Shown here one piece after another: positions 32,599-48,493 of a stretch of 63,168 nt of DNA. The notes under the pieces were generated by a model. That model worked only from the letters and a program-made list of their open reading frames with translations, was not told where the DNA came from and ran no database searches. A program made the translations under genes and the position numbers. The DNA is from Eledone cirrhosa (taxonomy: Eukaryota): the NCBI GenBank assembly GCA_964016885.1, contig CAXHJY010000714.1, forward strand, positions 1 to 63,168, read 5' to 3'. The number at the start of each line of letters is the position of its first letter. The stretch's first letter is position 1.

Positions 32599-32854
32599 TG
32601 TATGTATGTATAGAAAAAGTGTCAAGATCCTGACGGCTGAGCTTCGGCCGTTTCGACAGGTAGATCCGAACATATATATAAGGAGAAACACCCGCTTCTG
32701 TCACGAATGACCATGGGATTTGCACCTAGTAGATTCCCCTATGTGGCACACCTCCAGACAATGATGTTTGTGCAAGACCAGCATTTGCCCGTGCATACCG
32801 GCACCAATGATGTCCAAGGAAAAAGCAATGGCCGATGCATGTTGGCACCAGTGA

Positions 32855-32955
32855 CGTCGCAACTCATTTCTACTGTTGCATGAACTGGAACAACGTGAAA
32901 TAAACTGTCTTGGACATGAACACAACACAAGCCCCGGTCCGAAATCACAACATCG
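32855..32955 (-). mobile_element. SINE family B fragment
   Basis: CGCAACTCATTTCTAC...GAACTGG.CAACGTGAAATAAA.TGTCTTG, matching 43263-43330. Confidence 0.6.
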
Positions 32956-32975
32956 TATTTGTATGTATATATATA

Positions 32976-33147
32976 TATTATTCGAAATGTTAACAAATGA
33001 AATATAATCTCATAATCAAAATATATACTTTATTATATATATTTCAAAGGTACTGAAAATGCAGCACAGGACCTTTGAAATATACATAATAAAGTATATA
33101 TTTTCATTATGAGAATAGTTTTCATTTGTTAACATTTCGAATAATAT
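32976..33147. repeat. Diverged fold-back palindrome containing a hammerhead 3' half (GAAA-TATACA-TA)
   Basis: TATTATTCGAAATGTTAACAAATGAAA.../...TTTCATTTGTTAACATTTCGAATAATA arms; centre at ~33052-33070. Confidence 0.75.
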
Positions 33148-33491
33148 TAAATACTTTGTTCAGTGCTCTAATATATTGTAAAATTGTATTCGTTTAGTAA
33201 TCAACGAAACATACTAATCTTTGGTCATATATATATATCACAAAAAATTAAAGAGAATCAGTGTTGCGACGGTTGGAATTTATTGGACATATTAAAATCG
33301 TTTCTCTGGCGACCAGCTCGGGGCACGATCGATGTGATGATAGAACCTGACTCAGAAATCGCAAGGTCCTCAGATACGTCTTGATTCAACAAAGCAGACA
33401 TTCCAAAATTTGTGATATCATACCCTGCTCTGTGAGAGCATCGAGTGCTCAAACGGCCTACCGCATAAGGACGCTTTAAGCATCCAACAGC

Positions 33492-33555
<64 letters not shown>

Positions 33556-34442
33556 AAACATAAATTATCGAGATTCGCATTTCGGCCTACGAAATAACGA
33601 AAAACAACCTCCGAGATGTGCGGCAAGTGCTCAATGATTCAAATGAACCAGAGCTATAACAAACGTTAAAGGCCAAACATACTGAGACGATGGTTAAACA
33701 ATCATTCGTATAGCCCCAAAAAACGATCAAGTAATTCGGGTATTGAAAATTTACCCGGACCCCTGGAAGGTTGTTAAAATCCAGTATATGGGTTTCTACG
33801 GCTCCTAAATCAAGTACCGTCCGCCTACATAAATAATGTCAGGCTTCTGGTAAGATGATTGAACAAGGAAGCCACTTTCTCAACAGGTTTTAGTTCAATG
33901 TTAATACAAGGACTGACTATTGCTGACCCCACGTGGGGATCGGCAAGGGAGGCAACCCCTATATCAGGCGAATGAATACAGTTGTGTATATTTTTGCAAG
34001 AATGCAAAAACATCACAAATCGAATAGAGTTCTCAACAGAGGGGTTACAATTAACATAAGCTATTTATCAGTCAATAGAATCAACTAAAAAATCAAGAAA
34101 ATTAACTGGTCAATAGCTAGAGTCTGGAGAATAATACAAAATATATATATAATACAATATATATATATCATACAATATATATATATAATACAATATATAT
34201 ATATATAATACAATATATATATGTATAATACAATATATATATATATATAGTGAATGACTGAATAACAAGGTCGGCTGTACAATAAGTTTTATTCGAAATA
34301 TTAACAATTGTTTCATTAGACCGGTGTGTCTAAAATCGGCTTGAGCTCTGCCGTCGGGGGTCATACTTTTTGCTATATATGAGAGAGGATTTTACTAGTT
34401 TTAAACTAGTAAAACTATTATATAGCAGTGTACATGATACTT

Positions 34443-34488
<46 letters not shown>

Positions 34489-35621
34489 TTATGGAAATAT
34501 ATGTTTGATTAAAATGAAACGTTGTACTTTTCTACCCTTCCGAATTAAATGTCGTATCGTCATGATAAGTGTAAATGTAAGATCAACTAGAGGGGGAGGT
34601 AGTGGGGGAAGGAGAAAGTTATGAGAGAAGGGGGATGTAGTTGGGGGGGGGGGGGGGGGTTGTAATAAACATCAAAAGTAATTCATCAACGATTTGCTGC
34701 GTAATCAGTTAGCAAAGCTTTGAACTTGGCTTTATTCAGATTGTTATGTATGTGTGTATGTGTGCGTGTGTGTGTTTGTGTGTGAGTGCCTATGGATGTA
34801 TGTATATATGTATGTATTTATGTATGCACTTATTGCATATGTGTGTGTATGTATGTACTTGGGTATATTCGTATGTATGTTTGTGCTTATGTATGTTCGA
34901 TATATATATATCTAATCATGTATATAGGTACATATGTACGTATTCATATGTATATATGTGTTTATGTAATATATATATCTATATATATATATTGTACGTT
35001 TATATGTGCGTGTATATACATATATTAAATGTATTACTCCTACACGATTAGTCCTGTTTCATTATGTATCCTGTGGGAATCATTCATTCAAAAACAGCTT
35101 TATGTATTGAGTACTTCAACTTAGATTCCGTCTTTAAAAGGACCATTCAAAAATATATATATATATATATTTAGGTCTGTTGGTTCACCACTGGATAGAA
35201 CTGGTCATTCCGTATAGTCAACCTTGATGTAATATTAGGGAGAGCACTCGACGTAATGCAACTCACCCGTCTTCCTTTGTGTTGTTGGTGGTGCGAGTAC
35301 GGAATTAATTATTATAAAATAAAAGGAGGCTGTACTGGTGTAATTCTTTAAAAGGTTTATTATAATATGATAATTTAAGTGACTAGGTTCAATATGAATC
35401 AGGTGACATCATCAGATATTCGAAATTTAACAAAGGAATATAATAGACAAAATCCATGGGGATGAAAAGCAGAGACAAGACGGCAGCCGAACATTTAGCA
35501 GCTTCTACCTCGGTCAGCCGCCCTCAATATATATATACATATATACATACATACATACATAAGTACACTAATCTACATACATACATACATACATACATAC
35601 ATACATACATACATACATACA

Positions 35622-36025
35622 TGGTGGCTGCCAACTCGTTTTCGAGTACGGCCACTACTTTATATCCATGTAGGAGAACCCCTACCGATGCGCTGAACGA
35701 GTGTGACTTTTTAGTCCAGCCAGCGACTTGAAAACTCTGGTACAAACACTACACTTGTGACAATTATTGACACAGTGCTGGGCCCATGGTACCATGTGAG
35801 GACAAGTGCAGAGAGATCTCCAGATATAAAGCAATGCCTGTGCCGTGAAGCTTTTATAGTGAGCAAAGGCACTGCACAAAGCCAGTCCCACTCTCTTAAC
35901 CAAGATGATATTTACCAAAAAGAAGAACAAGTCAACATCATTGGATACCATCAGGGTTGCAGGTGTTATATCAGAATTTTCCTTCTCCTAGAATTCTGCC
36001 TTGACAAAGGCTAAGGGGTCATCTC
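35622..36025 (-). mobile_element. Non-autonomous RTE-derived bipartite element, copy c
   Basis: Minus frame encodes [25 protein letters not shown]; (CATA)n on both sides. Confidence 0.75.
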
Positions 36026-36058
36026 ATACATACATACATACATACATACATACATAAG

Positions 36059-36240
36059 TACAAAGGTAGACTGAAAGGTTCATAGGGTGATTATGAATGA
36101 GAGGTGCTAGGGCTGTGAAATCGTGCATGTAACTCTTCGTATATATAACGACAGCATATGGGTAGGTCTGCATATGATAGCATGTGTACGTGTGAGGAAG
36201 TATGTGTACCTATGCGTGCATTTGTTGCGTGTGATTGCCG
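36059..36240 (+). mobile_element. Probable Tc1/mariner-type transposon end
   Basis: TACAAAGGTAGACTGAAAGGTTCATAGGGTGATTATGAA...GCTAGGGCTGTGA resembles the reverse complement of 18972-19031. Confidence 0.45.
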
Positions 36241-36378
36241 GTTATGATTGTGAATATATGAGAAAGGTTGAGAGACCCCATATTAAAGAAGCCGTTTGTA
36301 AATACTTTCATATATTCAACTTATATATCAGATATTTGACTGTGTAATCATCTGCCTAAATTTCCCTACACACGCTTC

Positions 36379-36467
<89 letters not shown>

Positions 36468-36478
36468 ATATATATATA

Positions 36479-36642
36479 ATGCCCCAAGGCTCTGATACCA
36501 TCAACACTATAAAGACAGAGCTGGCATATCTAAGAACTGACTAACTGCCTGATGAGGTCATAGCCATTCAATGGCTATCATCGAAATATATATAGCAGTA
36601 AATAAAGGATTATGAGTTCATGCAATTGACTTATGTTTCGTC

Positions 36643-36644
<2 letters not shown>
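36479..36644 (+). mobile_element. ~166-bp non-coding hammerhead-bearing element, copy 2
   Basis: Same two termini as 20912-21077; inserted in (TA)n. Confidence 0.85.
36544..36599 (+). ncRNA. Minimal type I hammerhead ribozyme
   Basis: ACTGC(36544-48)-CTGATGA(36549-55)-stem II ATAGCCA/TGGCTAT closed by G-C-GAAA(36583-86)-T ATAT A-TA-GCAGT; predicted cleavage after 36594. Confidence 0.85.
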
Positions 36645-36687
<43 letters not shown>

Positions 36688-36782
36688 TGCATTTTATCAC
36701 CTTTAATGTAGATATAGCTTCTACAGGAATAGAACTGTTTTCTTCGAAAGAAATCGTCATGTGTGTATGTATAAATCAACAT

Positions 36783-37102
36783 CAGGTCGAGCTTGCTCGG
36801 CTTTCTACGGCACGTTTCCTCCATCCATCTATGTCTCTCATAGCGTTTGCCAGTTCTTCCGCAGTGCATCAAGTATCGTCGTCAAGTTGCTTGACGTATG
36901 TCTTCTTGGGACGACCAGCGTTTCTTGCTCCATGAGATGGACTCCATAACAACACATCACCTGCTATTTCTTCCTTGCTGCGCCAACAGTGGCCAGCAAA
37001 TCTGAGTCTCTGTCCACGTATTGACCTGCTGATAGGTGGTATATTGCCATAGAGATCCTTATTTGTTGGGTGTTCCCTCCAAGACACGTTCAAAGCAGCG
37101 CG
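36783..37102 (-). mobile_element. RTE-clade LINE 3' fragment
   Basis: RAALNVSWREHPTNKDLYG...RLRFAGHCWRS...LLWSPSHG.RNAGRPKKTY...DGWR. Confidence 0.85.
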
Positions 37103-37144
37103 GTATGTATAAATAAATATATATATGTTTATATTTATATATAA

Positions 37145-37175
<31 letters not shown>

Positions 37176-37234
37176 GTTTATATATGTATATATATATGCG
37201 TGTTTTTTTGTTTTTTTTTGAGTGTGTGTGATTT

Positions 37235-37420
37235 AGTAGCCAGGAGTTGGGTTTCACGACTGTGTTTGTGGATTCGATTCCCAGACCCTCGATCAAGTAC
37301 ATTATGTCCTTGAGTACATCTCATTATTTCACGTAGCTAAAGTCCACGGCTCTGGCCAAAATGAGTTGTACTTCTAATTAGAGGAGCCATCCTTGTCAGC
37401 CACTGATTCACCTTGGACAG
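37235..37420 (+). mobile_element. SINE family B, degenerate
   Basis: GGATTCGATTCCC B box followed by TGTCCTTGAG. Confidence 0.5.
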
Positions 37421-37461
37421 ATAGATAGTTATATTGATAAACATATTCATGTGATAGGTTA

Positions 37462-37499
<38 letters not shown>

Positions 37500-38431
37500 T
37501 ATTTAAGAAAAAGTTACACGCATTCATGCCTGTATATATTTATTGAAAGAAACACGGAGACAGCCTGACAGAAAGATAGATAGGTAGATTCATAGATACA
37601 TACAGGGAAACATTCCATCTAATAAAACAGATTATCACAAACTGGATATAGTATTAACGTAGTTAACAATATTATATATTTCATAAACATTTCAGTAGTA
37701 GTAGCAGCAGTAGTAGTAGCATCAATAGTAGTAATAGTAGTAGAAGAGCAGCAGTAAGCGTTATAGTAATGGTATAGGTGTGGGTTTTAGTAGTAGTTTA
37801 TTGCCTTTACGTTGTAGATGAAACGAAAATGGCGTACTTTTTGTCTGTAGGTGAACTAACAGTCAAAAGGTTTACATAGAGATGGGTAGATTGTAGGTGG
37901 TAGATTCGCTATTTTTAACTGATTGGACAATATATATATATATATATATGCACGCACGCACACAGACACACACATATATAAATAATATGCATTGAGATGA
38001 TGTTAAATTATACTGAGTAATATCAGACAACACAGGTATGTAAGCAGAAGATAAGTTGTTGACTGTACAACATGAAATTCTACAAGATGTTTACATATAT
38101 ACATATATATATACATAAATATATATGTATGCATTTATTTGTATATATGTATATTCATGAAAGTATATATGCATTTCTTTGTATATATGTATATTCATGA
38201 AAGTATATATACATTTATTCATATATATATATATATTGACACATATATACATGTGAGCGTGTTTATTTGCCTGTGTATTTAGGATAATATATTTAGATAT
38301 ATGTTCCATTATATGAATCCCTATGAATATATTTGATAATGTGTTCCTACTTTCTGATCGGGAAATTTGGAAAATCAGTGCAGACTATTCATACACAATT
38401 TGTACATTTCCTTCCATATATAGACACACGC

Positions 38432-38555
<124 letters not shown>

Positions 38556-38631
38556 AAGTGAGGGTTTTTTTTACAAAATGAAAAATAACCGACGTGTCCT
38601 ACACGAGTGAAAGTATAAAGAATAGAAAATA

Positions 38632-38883
38632 GAAAATGCAACTGGAGTCTTATTTTTTAAAATATATATATATTTATTTGTTTCCTTTACCGGTTTCGCA
38701 GTTCTTCTGCTTTTCAAAAGTAGAGTTGAGATGGAGGGTCTGTGGTTTTTCTCACATCTGTGAGAAAAAACACAGACCCTCCATCTCAACTCTACTTTTG
38801 AAAAGCAGAAGAACTGCGAAACCGGTAAAGGAAACAAATAAATATATATATATTTTTTTAAATAAGACTCCAGTTGCATTTTC
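38632..38883. mobile_element. Fold-back palindrome with a degenerate hammerhead in each arm
   Basis: ~125-bp near-perfect arms centred on ~38757; right arm CTT-TTGAAAA-GCAG aagaa CTGC-GAAA-CCGG-TA-AAG (38795-38830). Confidence 0.8.
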
Positions 38884-39040
38884 GGTTTCATCTTTTTTTC
38901 TATATATATATATATATTCAATCAGAATCAATAGAGAAGGTAATACATTTAAAACAAACTATTGGTGTCTAGTATACTGTATCACAATTTTTTCCCTCTC
39001 TTCCACTCTTATGATAAATGTCTCTTCTATAATTATATAT

Positions 39041-39146
<106 letters not shown>

Positions 39147-39333
39147 ATATATATATTATATATATATATATATATCTGTATGTACATCTATGTGTGTGAG
39201 TGTATAGACTCATCTTTTTCTATTTCTCCGAGGGTTCTTAACCCCACTATCAGGCTAAAATAGTTTATTTAATTGCTTTAGTTAAAAATACGGCGATAGC
39301 TAACATTTCTAATACATACATATATGTATATAT

Positions 39334-39365
<32 letters not shown>

Positions 39366-39452
39366 GTATATATGTACATCTATATGTATATATATATATA
39401 CATATGTATATATGTACATCTATATGTACATCTATATGTAGATCTATATATA

Positions 39453-40868
39453 GATGCCCTCCAATGGTGTCGTCGGACGCTGGACGGAGGGCCCGGTGAA
39501 GTTGCTCGGGGTCTGGTTCGGACCGGACCTCCAGGTGGAGAAAAACTGGGCGGAGGTTACGAACAGGGTGTTTGCACTGACCCAGAAGTGGGCCAGTCGC
39601 AAACTATCCCTGAAAGGTCGGGCGGAGGTGGCGAACACCTACATAGCGTCCGTCATCTACTACCGCCTGACCGTAGTGCCCTGCCCAAGGGAAACCCTCA
39701 CCAAGATGGAGCGCGCGCTCTTCCAATTCCTTTGGAAGAGGCGGGCTCCTATGGTGAGGAGATCCATCTGCTGTCAACACCCTTCGAAAGGAGGGCTGGG
39801 GATGCCGTGGCTAATGATGCGTAAACACGCATTAAGGCTACGGCACCTCTACGTATTCCTCACCGGACAACTGGTGTGGGCCTCGTTTGTGAGACGAACC
39901 TTTCCCAGACGCGTCTCACTCACCGAGCTGCAATCCTGGGTCAAGCAAAGACCGAGAAAACTGGACGCCTGGCACACTGAGTGTGCCCAGGCGCTCACCG
40001 CCCTCTGGCAGGCGGATCCGGTTATCAGTGGAGACTCCACCGCAACATTCTATAGAGGGCAGGTACGCAGCAGGTGCGACGACGCCCTCGGAGAAGCCCT
40101 AAACATGGAGGAGGACGAACTGGCCAGCCTGTTCGGTAGGACATTCAGCCCGGGACCTATGGACAACTTCCAGAAGTCCCTGGCCTGGCAGTGCGACCGA
40201 GGGGCTTTACCCGTTCGAGAAAGGCTCTACAGACACGGGCGCCCGGGTAGGGACCCCGCCAAAAATATCTGTCCCAGATGCGTGTGCGACGAGGAAACCG
40301 TTGCACACGCATTGGTACACTGCTCGGGCGTAGCCGATCTGTGGGGCTATGTCGAACAACTGCTGTCAAGGGTGGGACCGATCCGATTGACCACCGAGTC
40401 TATTGTAATGATCAAGCCGCCTCCCCCCTTCAAAGATGAAGCAGAGGCGGTGTTTCTGTGCGTAATAGCCATGGCGAAAGAGGTTGTATGGTGGACGCGT
40501 CTGAAAGGACTGAGGTCAGGCACCTTTCTCTCTGGCCAACAACTGGTCCGTTTCTTCCGATATCATTTCGGAAGAAGGATCAGGATGGAGAGAGAGGTGC
40601 TGCACCCCAGCCGTTTCTATGAAAGATGGGTGAAAGTGGCGAGAATGGCCTGTGTGAATGGGCCTTCACTCTACATCAGACTATAGGTGAGGAAGATGAA
40701 AGACCAAGGGAGCACCCCTTCTCTGTGCTCCTGAGGAGAAGGGTTGCACACTTTTTTCGGCGGTGTGTGCGACCCCCCAAGGCGCCTCCTCTCTATTGAG
40801 GATTTTGTTATAAATTTTATTTTTACTTGTCCCACTTTTGATGCCCTAGTGGCAAATAAAAGAAACAT
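39453..40868 (+). mobile_element. 5'-truncated Tx1/L1-clade non-LTR retrotransposon, copy 1
   Basis: ORF2 C-terminal part plus 3' UTR ending GGCAAATAAAAGAAAC; flanked by TA-rich microsatellite. Confidence 0.9.
39454..40686 (+). CDS. Tx1/L1-type ORF2 C-terminal fragment (RT thumb region plus CCHC zinc finger); open, but lacks the RT core
   Basis: [36 protein letters not shown]....[10 protein letters not shown]. Confidence 0.8.
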   Translation: MPSNGVVGRWTEGPVKLLGVWFGPDLQVEKNWAEVTNRVFALTQKWASRKLSLKGRAEVANTYIASVIYYRLTVVPCPRETLTKMERALFQFLWKRRAPMVRRSICCQHPSKGGLGMPWLMMRKHALRLRHLYVFLTGQLVWASFVRRTFPRRVSLTELQSWVKQRPRKLDAWHTECAQALTALWQADPVISGDSTATFYRGQVRSRCDDALGEALNMEEDELASLFGRTFSPGPMDNFQKSLAWQCDRGALPVRERLYRHGRPGRDPAKNICPRCVCDEETVAHALVHCSGVADLWGYVEQLLSRVGPIRLTTESIVMIKPPPPFKDEAEAVFLCVIAMAKEVVWWTRLKGLRSGTFLSGQQLVRFFRYHFGRRIRMEREVLHPSRFYERWVKVARMACVNGPSLYIRL

Positions 40869-43092
<2,224 letters not shown>

Positions 43093-43260
43093 CAATGTAC
43101 GTTGTTTTATATGTAAATAATGACTTTAACAATATTTGTAGAAGGTACAATGTCAGCAAGATGGCCGAACAGTTAATTTTCTCGTCACAACCAGAAGGTC
43201 CAGGGTTTGCCCCTACTTCGTGATATCATAAACAAGTGTTATTTAGCAAGAGCCTCAGAC

Positions 43261-43412
43261 GACGCAACTCATTTCTACAGCTGAGTAAACTGGTGCAACG
43301 TGAAATAAAGTGTCTTGCTCAAGGACAAAACGCATCACCCGGTCCGAGAATCGAACTCACAACCTCTCAATTGCAAGCCCAATGCTCTAACCACTAATCC
43401 ATTCGCCTTCAC
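43261..43412 (-). mobile_element. tRNA-derived SINE family B
   Basis: Minus strand: GTGAAGGCGAATGGATTAGTGGTTAGAGC (A box)...GAGTTCGATTC (B box)...TGTCCTTGAGCAAGACACTTTATTTCAC core. Confidence 0.8.
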
Positions 43413-44025
43413 CGTTATTATTTATATACTCATATAAATCTATGCATATGCACATACATACACACACATATATATATAAACATACGCATCAGCGTCTTGA
43501 AAAAAATTGTAGTGACCTAATATTTCTGACATTCACGAAAATACGGTTCTTTTCACTTGTTTCACTTATCACATAGTAACGCTTTAGGTTTTCTTTCAGT
43601 CTGGCTGCGTTTTATATCTGATGTAATATGAAGGTGTTCTCATACTTTGGAAACTTCTTCTGTATTTGTTCAGGGATAATTTGTTAAGGCGGATTCCTGC
43701 TGAGTCACAGAATTCTGATTAGATGTCCAAACTGGCTGACGACAATAACGCTGTCTTTGCAGGGAAAGTTATGATTTTTCAGTACGAATTACTCGAACTG
43801 GAAGAGCTTGCTCGGATATAATCACCTATTTGATTGCTAGAGAAACAATAAATATTGATTTTTCTCCAAATCCCTCGCTAGATTCATCCAATGTCCAGCA
43901 GGTAAGGTAAAGTTATAACCGGTTGTTTGTGGCTGATTTTGAAAGAATAACAGAATAACAGCAGAATAGAATAAGAGATTAACAGTTATAGTCATCTGAA
44001 GATTATAGGTGTTTCATGTACTATT

Positions 44026-44088
<63 letters not shown>

Positions 44089-44170
44089 TGTAGTTGGTGT
44101 TGAAAGAATAAAAGAAGCACATGAGATTAATAGTGGCAGTCAACTGTAGATTATAGGTGATTCATCTATT

Positions 44171-44207
<37 letters not shown>

Positions 44208-44247
44208 TCTGGTTTGTCACAATACTATGATCATCTACATATATTCG

Positions 44248-44314
<67 letters not shown>

Positions 44315-45079
44315 GCGTGTTTATGTGTCTGTACGTGTGTATATGTGTGCATATTGTGTCATGAATGATGAAGTAGAAATGTCTGCCTTGTGATGATATG
44401 ATGAAAATGGCGATAAATAAAAGTATTCTCACTCAACTTTATAAATCAATGATTTGCAACGAGTTGATCAGTAACATGAAACATTCCTTTTATCCTACCT
44501 CAGAGAATGATTTCTCGTTAGCTGTCCCACTGATAAATTCTTTTTATACTTTTTATTTTCTATTGAGAAATTAGCTTCTTGACAGTTGAAATAACAGAAC
44601 GGAAGAATAAAGGAATAAAAGAATACAAGAATACTTAAACAGATACATCCTGCACATTTATTCCTATCATTATTATTCCCGTTCCTAGGCTTTTAATAAT
44701 GTTTTCCCCTTCCTAACGTTATAGTAATCCCTGCAGTGTCGTAAACATTACGGTATTGTAGCTTTAGATGGTTGTTATTCAACTTAAATATACAAAACAC
44801 TAGCTTCACATAAGTTACAGGCGACCATGAAGAAAGATGGACGTACTAACAAGTTTCACCTGTTGTATGAGTTTCACCTGTTGTATGAGGCCGTATAAAT
44901 ATACAATTTAGATAGGTTATGTTTTGAATTCCAAAACAAAGGGGAACGCGAGTAAAATACACTAAATTACAGAAATTTTACACAACTATTTCCCTTACTG
45001 CAGCTTCAAATCCAAGAACAATACCATTTATATTAAACAATGAAGACAATCAATATAGTGAAACACGTTCATTTATCAT

Positions 45080-45124
<45 letters not shown>

Positions 45125-45125
<1 letters not shown>

Positions 45126-45400
45126 AAAGTCAGCTCAAAAGTGACACAGAGGAGACTGAGGTTAGCTGGACATGCTCACCGACATCCAGAGTTGACATTG
45201 CACTCAGTGCTCCCGTGGGAGCCCCTACATGGACACACTAGAAGAGGAAGACCAAGGTTAACGTATGTTGATTCCCTAAGGACAGACACTGGTCTGTTGG
45301 AGACGCAGGACATGGCAGCGATAATGAGGGACAGAGACCGCTGGAGAGAACTCGTCCATGGATCTCGGGAATTTTATCCGCCTTAGATAGATAGATATAT
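45125..45400 (+). mobile_element. RTE-clade LINE 3' fragment with a (TAGA)n tail
   Basis: RRLRLAGHAHRHPE...WEPLHGHTRRGRPRLTY...DRDRWRE. Confidence 0.85.
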
Positions 45401-46122
45401 ATACAGTATATATATTCAAAATATTGTAACGCAAATGTCGTAAGCGAACAAAATGTTGGACACAGTTTGTCTTTCGGACTTGCATTGAAAAGTATCCTTA
45501 TAATCAACTTCAGTTTCGGAAAAGAAAAAAGGCGTAGTTATTGTTGAACCAATTCACAATCCCTTCCTGGCTTCTTGTGATAGGCTTGTTACATGAACAA
45601 ACCTCTTGTTAAAACCAAATCTTGTCAATATAATCAGCGAAGTGAGACTGAACTGTGGTGAAGCCTGTCAGATGAATAACACCCGTAACTCAAAGAAAAC
45701 GCTTTGTTATCTATCCTTTATATATTGTGAAGGTGGTTGTGTGCGAGATTTCCATTAATGTAAAACATGTCTGTGGAACACTCAGCCATTACTTGGCATC
45801 GAATCCGACGGAAATATCTTTAAGTTTCCTTCAATTTAGACGGTAAATATCACATCTGGTATCGGCGAGCTGAAAACTTTATTAAATCATTTCTACATAT
45901 ACTTGTACAACATTTACTATTAGAATTGTTTAAAGGCATACATTTCCTTTAAGTGATGTACAGTTTAAATTGTAGTTTACATTATCCAGACTAGAGTGCG
46001 TAGGTAGATAGATGGATAGATAAATGGATATGTAGATAGGTTGATAAATAGATAGGCAGACAGATAGGTAGATGGATAGATAGATAAATAAATAGATATA
46101 TAGATAGATAGATAAATAGATA

Positions 46123-47103
46123 TGTTTCTTTTATTTGCCACCAGGGCATCAAAAGTGGGACAAGTACAATGGGGGGAGTTTACAAAACAAGGCGTCCTCA
46201 ATAAGGAGGAGGCAATAACAATATATAAAAATAAAATAAAATATAACAAAAAATAAAATTTATGACAAAGTCCTCAATAGAGAGGAGGCGCCTTGGGGGG
46301 TCGCACACACCCCCGAAAAAAGTGTGCAACCCTTCTCCTCAGGAGCACAGAGAAGGGGTGCTCCCTTGGTCTTTCATCTTCCTCACCTATAGTCTGATGT
46401 AGAGTGAAGGCCCATTCACACGGGCCATTCTCGCCACTTTCACCCATCTTTCATAGAAACGGCTGGGGTGCAGCACCTCTCTCTCCATCCTGATCCTTCT
46501 TCCGAAATGATATCGGAAGAAACGGACCAGTTGTTGGCCAGAGAGGAAGGTGTCTGACCTCAGTCCTTTCAGACGCGTCCACCATACAACCTCTTTCGCC
46601 ATGGCTATTACGCACAGAAACACCGCCTCTCCTTCGTTTTTGAAGAGGGGAGGCGGCTTGATCGTTACAATAGACTCGGTGGTCAACCGGATCGGTCCCA
46701 CCCTTGACAGCAGTTGTTCGACATAGCCCCACAGATCGGCAATGCCCGAGCAGTGTACCAATGCGTGTGCAACGGTTTCCTCGTCGCACACGCATCTGGG
46801 ACAGACCTTTTTCGATGGGTCCCTACCCGGGCGCCCGTGTCTGTAGAGCCTTTCTCAAACGGGCAGAGCCCTTCTGTAGCATTGCCAGGCCAGGGACCTC
46901 TGGAAGTTATCCATGGGTCCCGGGCTGAATGTCCTACCGAACAGGTTGGCCAGTTCGTCTTCCTCCATGCCTAGGGCTTCTCCGAGGGCGTCGTCGCACC
47001 TGCTAACCACCAGCCCTCTATAGAATGATGAGGTGGATTCTCCACTGACAGCCGGGTCCGCCTGCCAGAGAGCCGTGAGCGCCTGGGCACACTCGGTGTG
47101 CCA
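46123..47103 (-). mobile_element. Tx1/L1-clade 3' fragment, copy 2
   Basis: Highly similar to 39970-40868; frameshifted; (GATA)n flank at its 3' end. Confidence 0.9.
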
Positions 47104-47120
47104 ATGAATAGATAAATAAA

Positions 47121-48493
47121 TTTCTTTATTAGCCACAAGGACACAAAAGAAGGGGACAAATACAAATGGGGAGTTTACATACAGGTATATGAAAATAAAA
47201 CTATTAATAAATTATCAAATAACAATTGATATCCCCAATAGGGGGGAGGCGTTACACAGGGGTTGTACACACCCCGAAAAAATGTACAACCCTCATCTCC
47301 AGGAGCACCAAGAGTGAGTACTCCCTTCCTCTCTTCCTAATTTTACTCAACCTAGAGGCTTATATAGAGAGAAGGCTCAACCACTCGAGCCATCTTTGCC
47401 ACATTCACCCACCTTTTATAAAGTTTGCTGGAGTACAGCACCACTCTCTCCATCCTGATTCTTCTTCCAAAATGATATTTGAAAAAACGAATCAGTTGCT
47501 CGCCGGAGAGAAAGGTGTCTGACCTCAGCCCTTTTAACCTCTTCCACCATATAACCTCTTTCACCATAGCCATAACACATAGGAAAACCGCCTCTCCCTC
47601 GTTTTTGGAGGGTGGCGGTTTGATCATGACAATGGACTCGGTGGTCAACTGGATTGGTCCTACCCGCGACAATAGTCGTTCTACATAGCCCCACAGGTCG
47701 GTAACGCCAGGGCAGTGTGCAAATGCGTCGCGACGGTTTCCTCGTCGCGCACGCATCTCGGACAGATGTTTTTCGAAGGGTCCCTACCCGGGCGCCCGTA
47801 TCTTTAGAGCTTGTCTCGAACTGGTAGAGCTCTTCGGTAGCATTGCCAGGCAAGGGACTTTTGCAAGTTGTCCATTGGTCCCGGGCGGAAGGTCCTACCG
47901 AACAGACTGGCCAGTTCGTCTTCCTCTACGCCTAGAGTTTCTCCGAGCGTGTTGCACTTGCTGCGGACCAACCTTCTATAGAATGGCGAAGTGGAGTCCC
48001 CACTGATCGCCGGGTCCGTTTGCCAGAGGACTGTGAGCGCCTGAGCACATTCCATGTGCCAGTCGCCCATTTTTCTCGCTCTTTGCTTGCCCCAGGACTG
48101 CAGCTCGGTCAGCGAGACGAGTCGTGGGAAGGTTCGCCTCATGAACGGGCCCCACACCGGTTATCAGGTGAGGAATACGTGGAGGTGCCGCAGCCTTGGA
48201 TCTTCTCACCAAAGGAGCCCGTTTGGAAGAGCGCGCGCTCCATTTTGGTGAGCGTTTTGGCTGGACAAGGCACGACGGTCAAGCGGTAGTAGACGACGGA
48301 CGCTATAAACGTGTTCGCCACCTCCGCTCGACCTTTCAATGATAGTTTACACTCGGCCCACTTCTGCGTGAGCGCAAACACCTTAGCCGTCACCGCGTTC
48401 CAGTTCTTCTCCACCTGGAGGCCCGGACCAAACCAGACCCCTAGCAGCTTTACCGGTCCTTCGGTCCAGCGTCGGACGACGCCATCGGAACGC
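47121..48493 (-). mobile_element. Tx1/L1-clade 3' fragment, copy 3 (diverged subfamily, internal deletion)
   Basis: [19 protein letters not shown]...[12 protein letters not shown]...ALPVRDKL...RMERVVL; (GATA)n at 48495-48715. Confidence 0.9.

Noticed and set aside
32625-32670. Minus-strand GAAA-CGGC...GCCG-TC resembling hammerhead stem III
   Set aside because: There is no CUGANGA core in the required position.
33258-33430. Minus-strand ORF GYDITNFGMSALLNQDV... as a possible host exon
   Set aside because: No recognisable domain or supporting neighbouring exons; it lies among microsatellite-embedded inserts.
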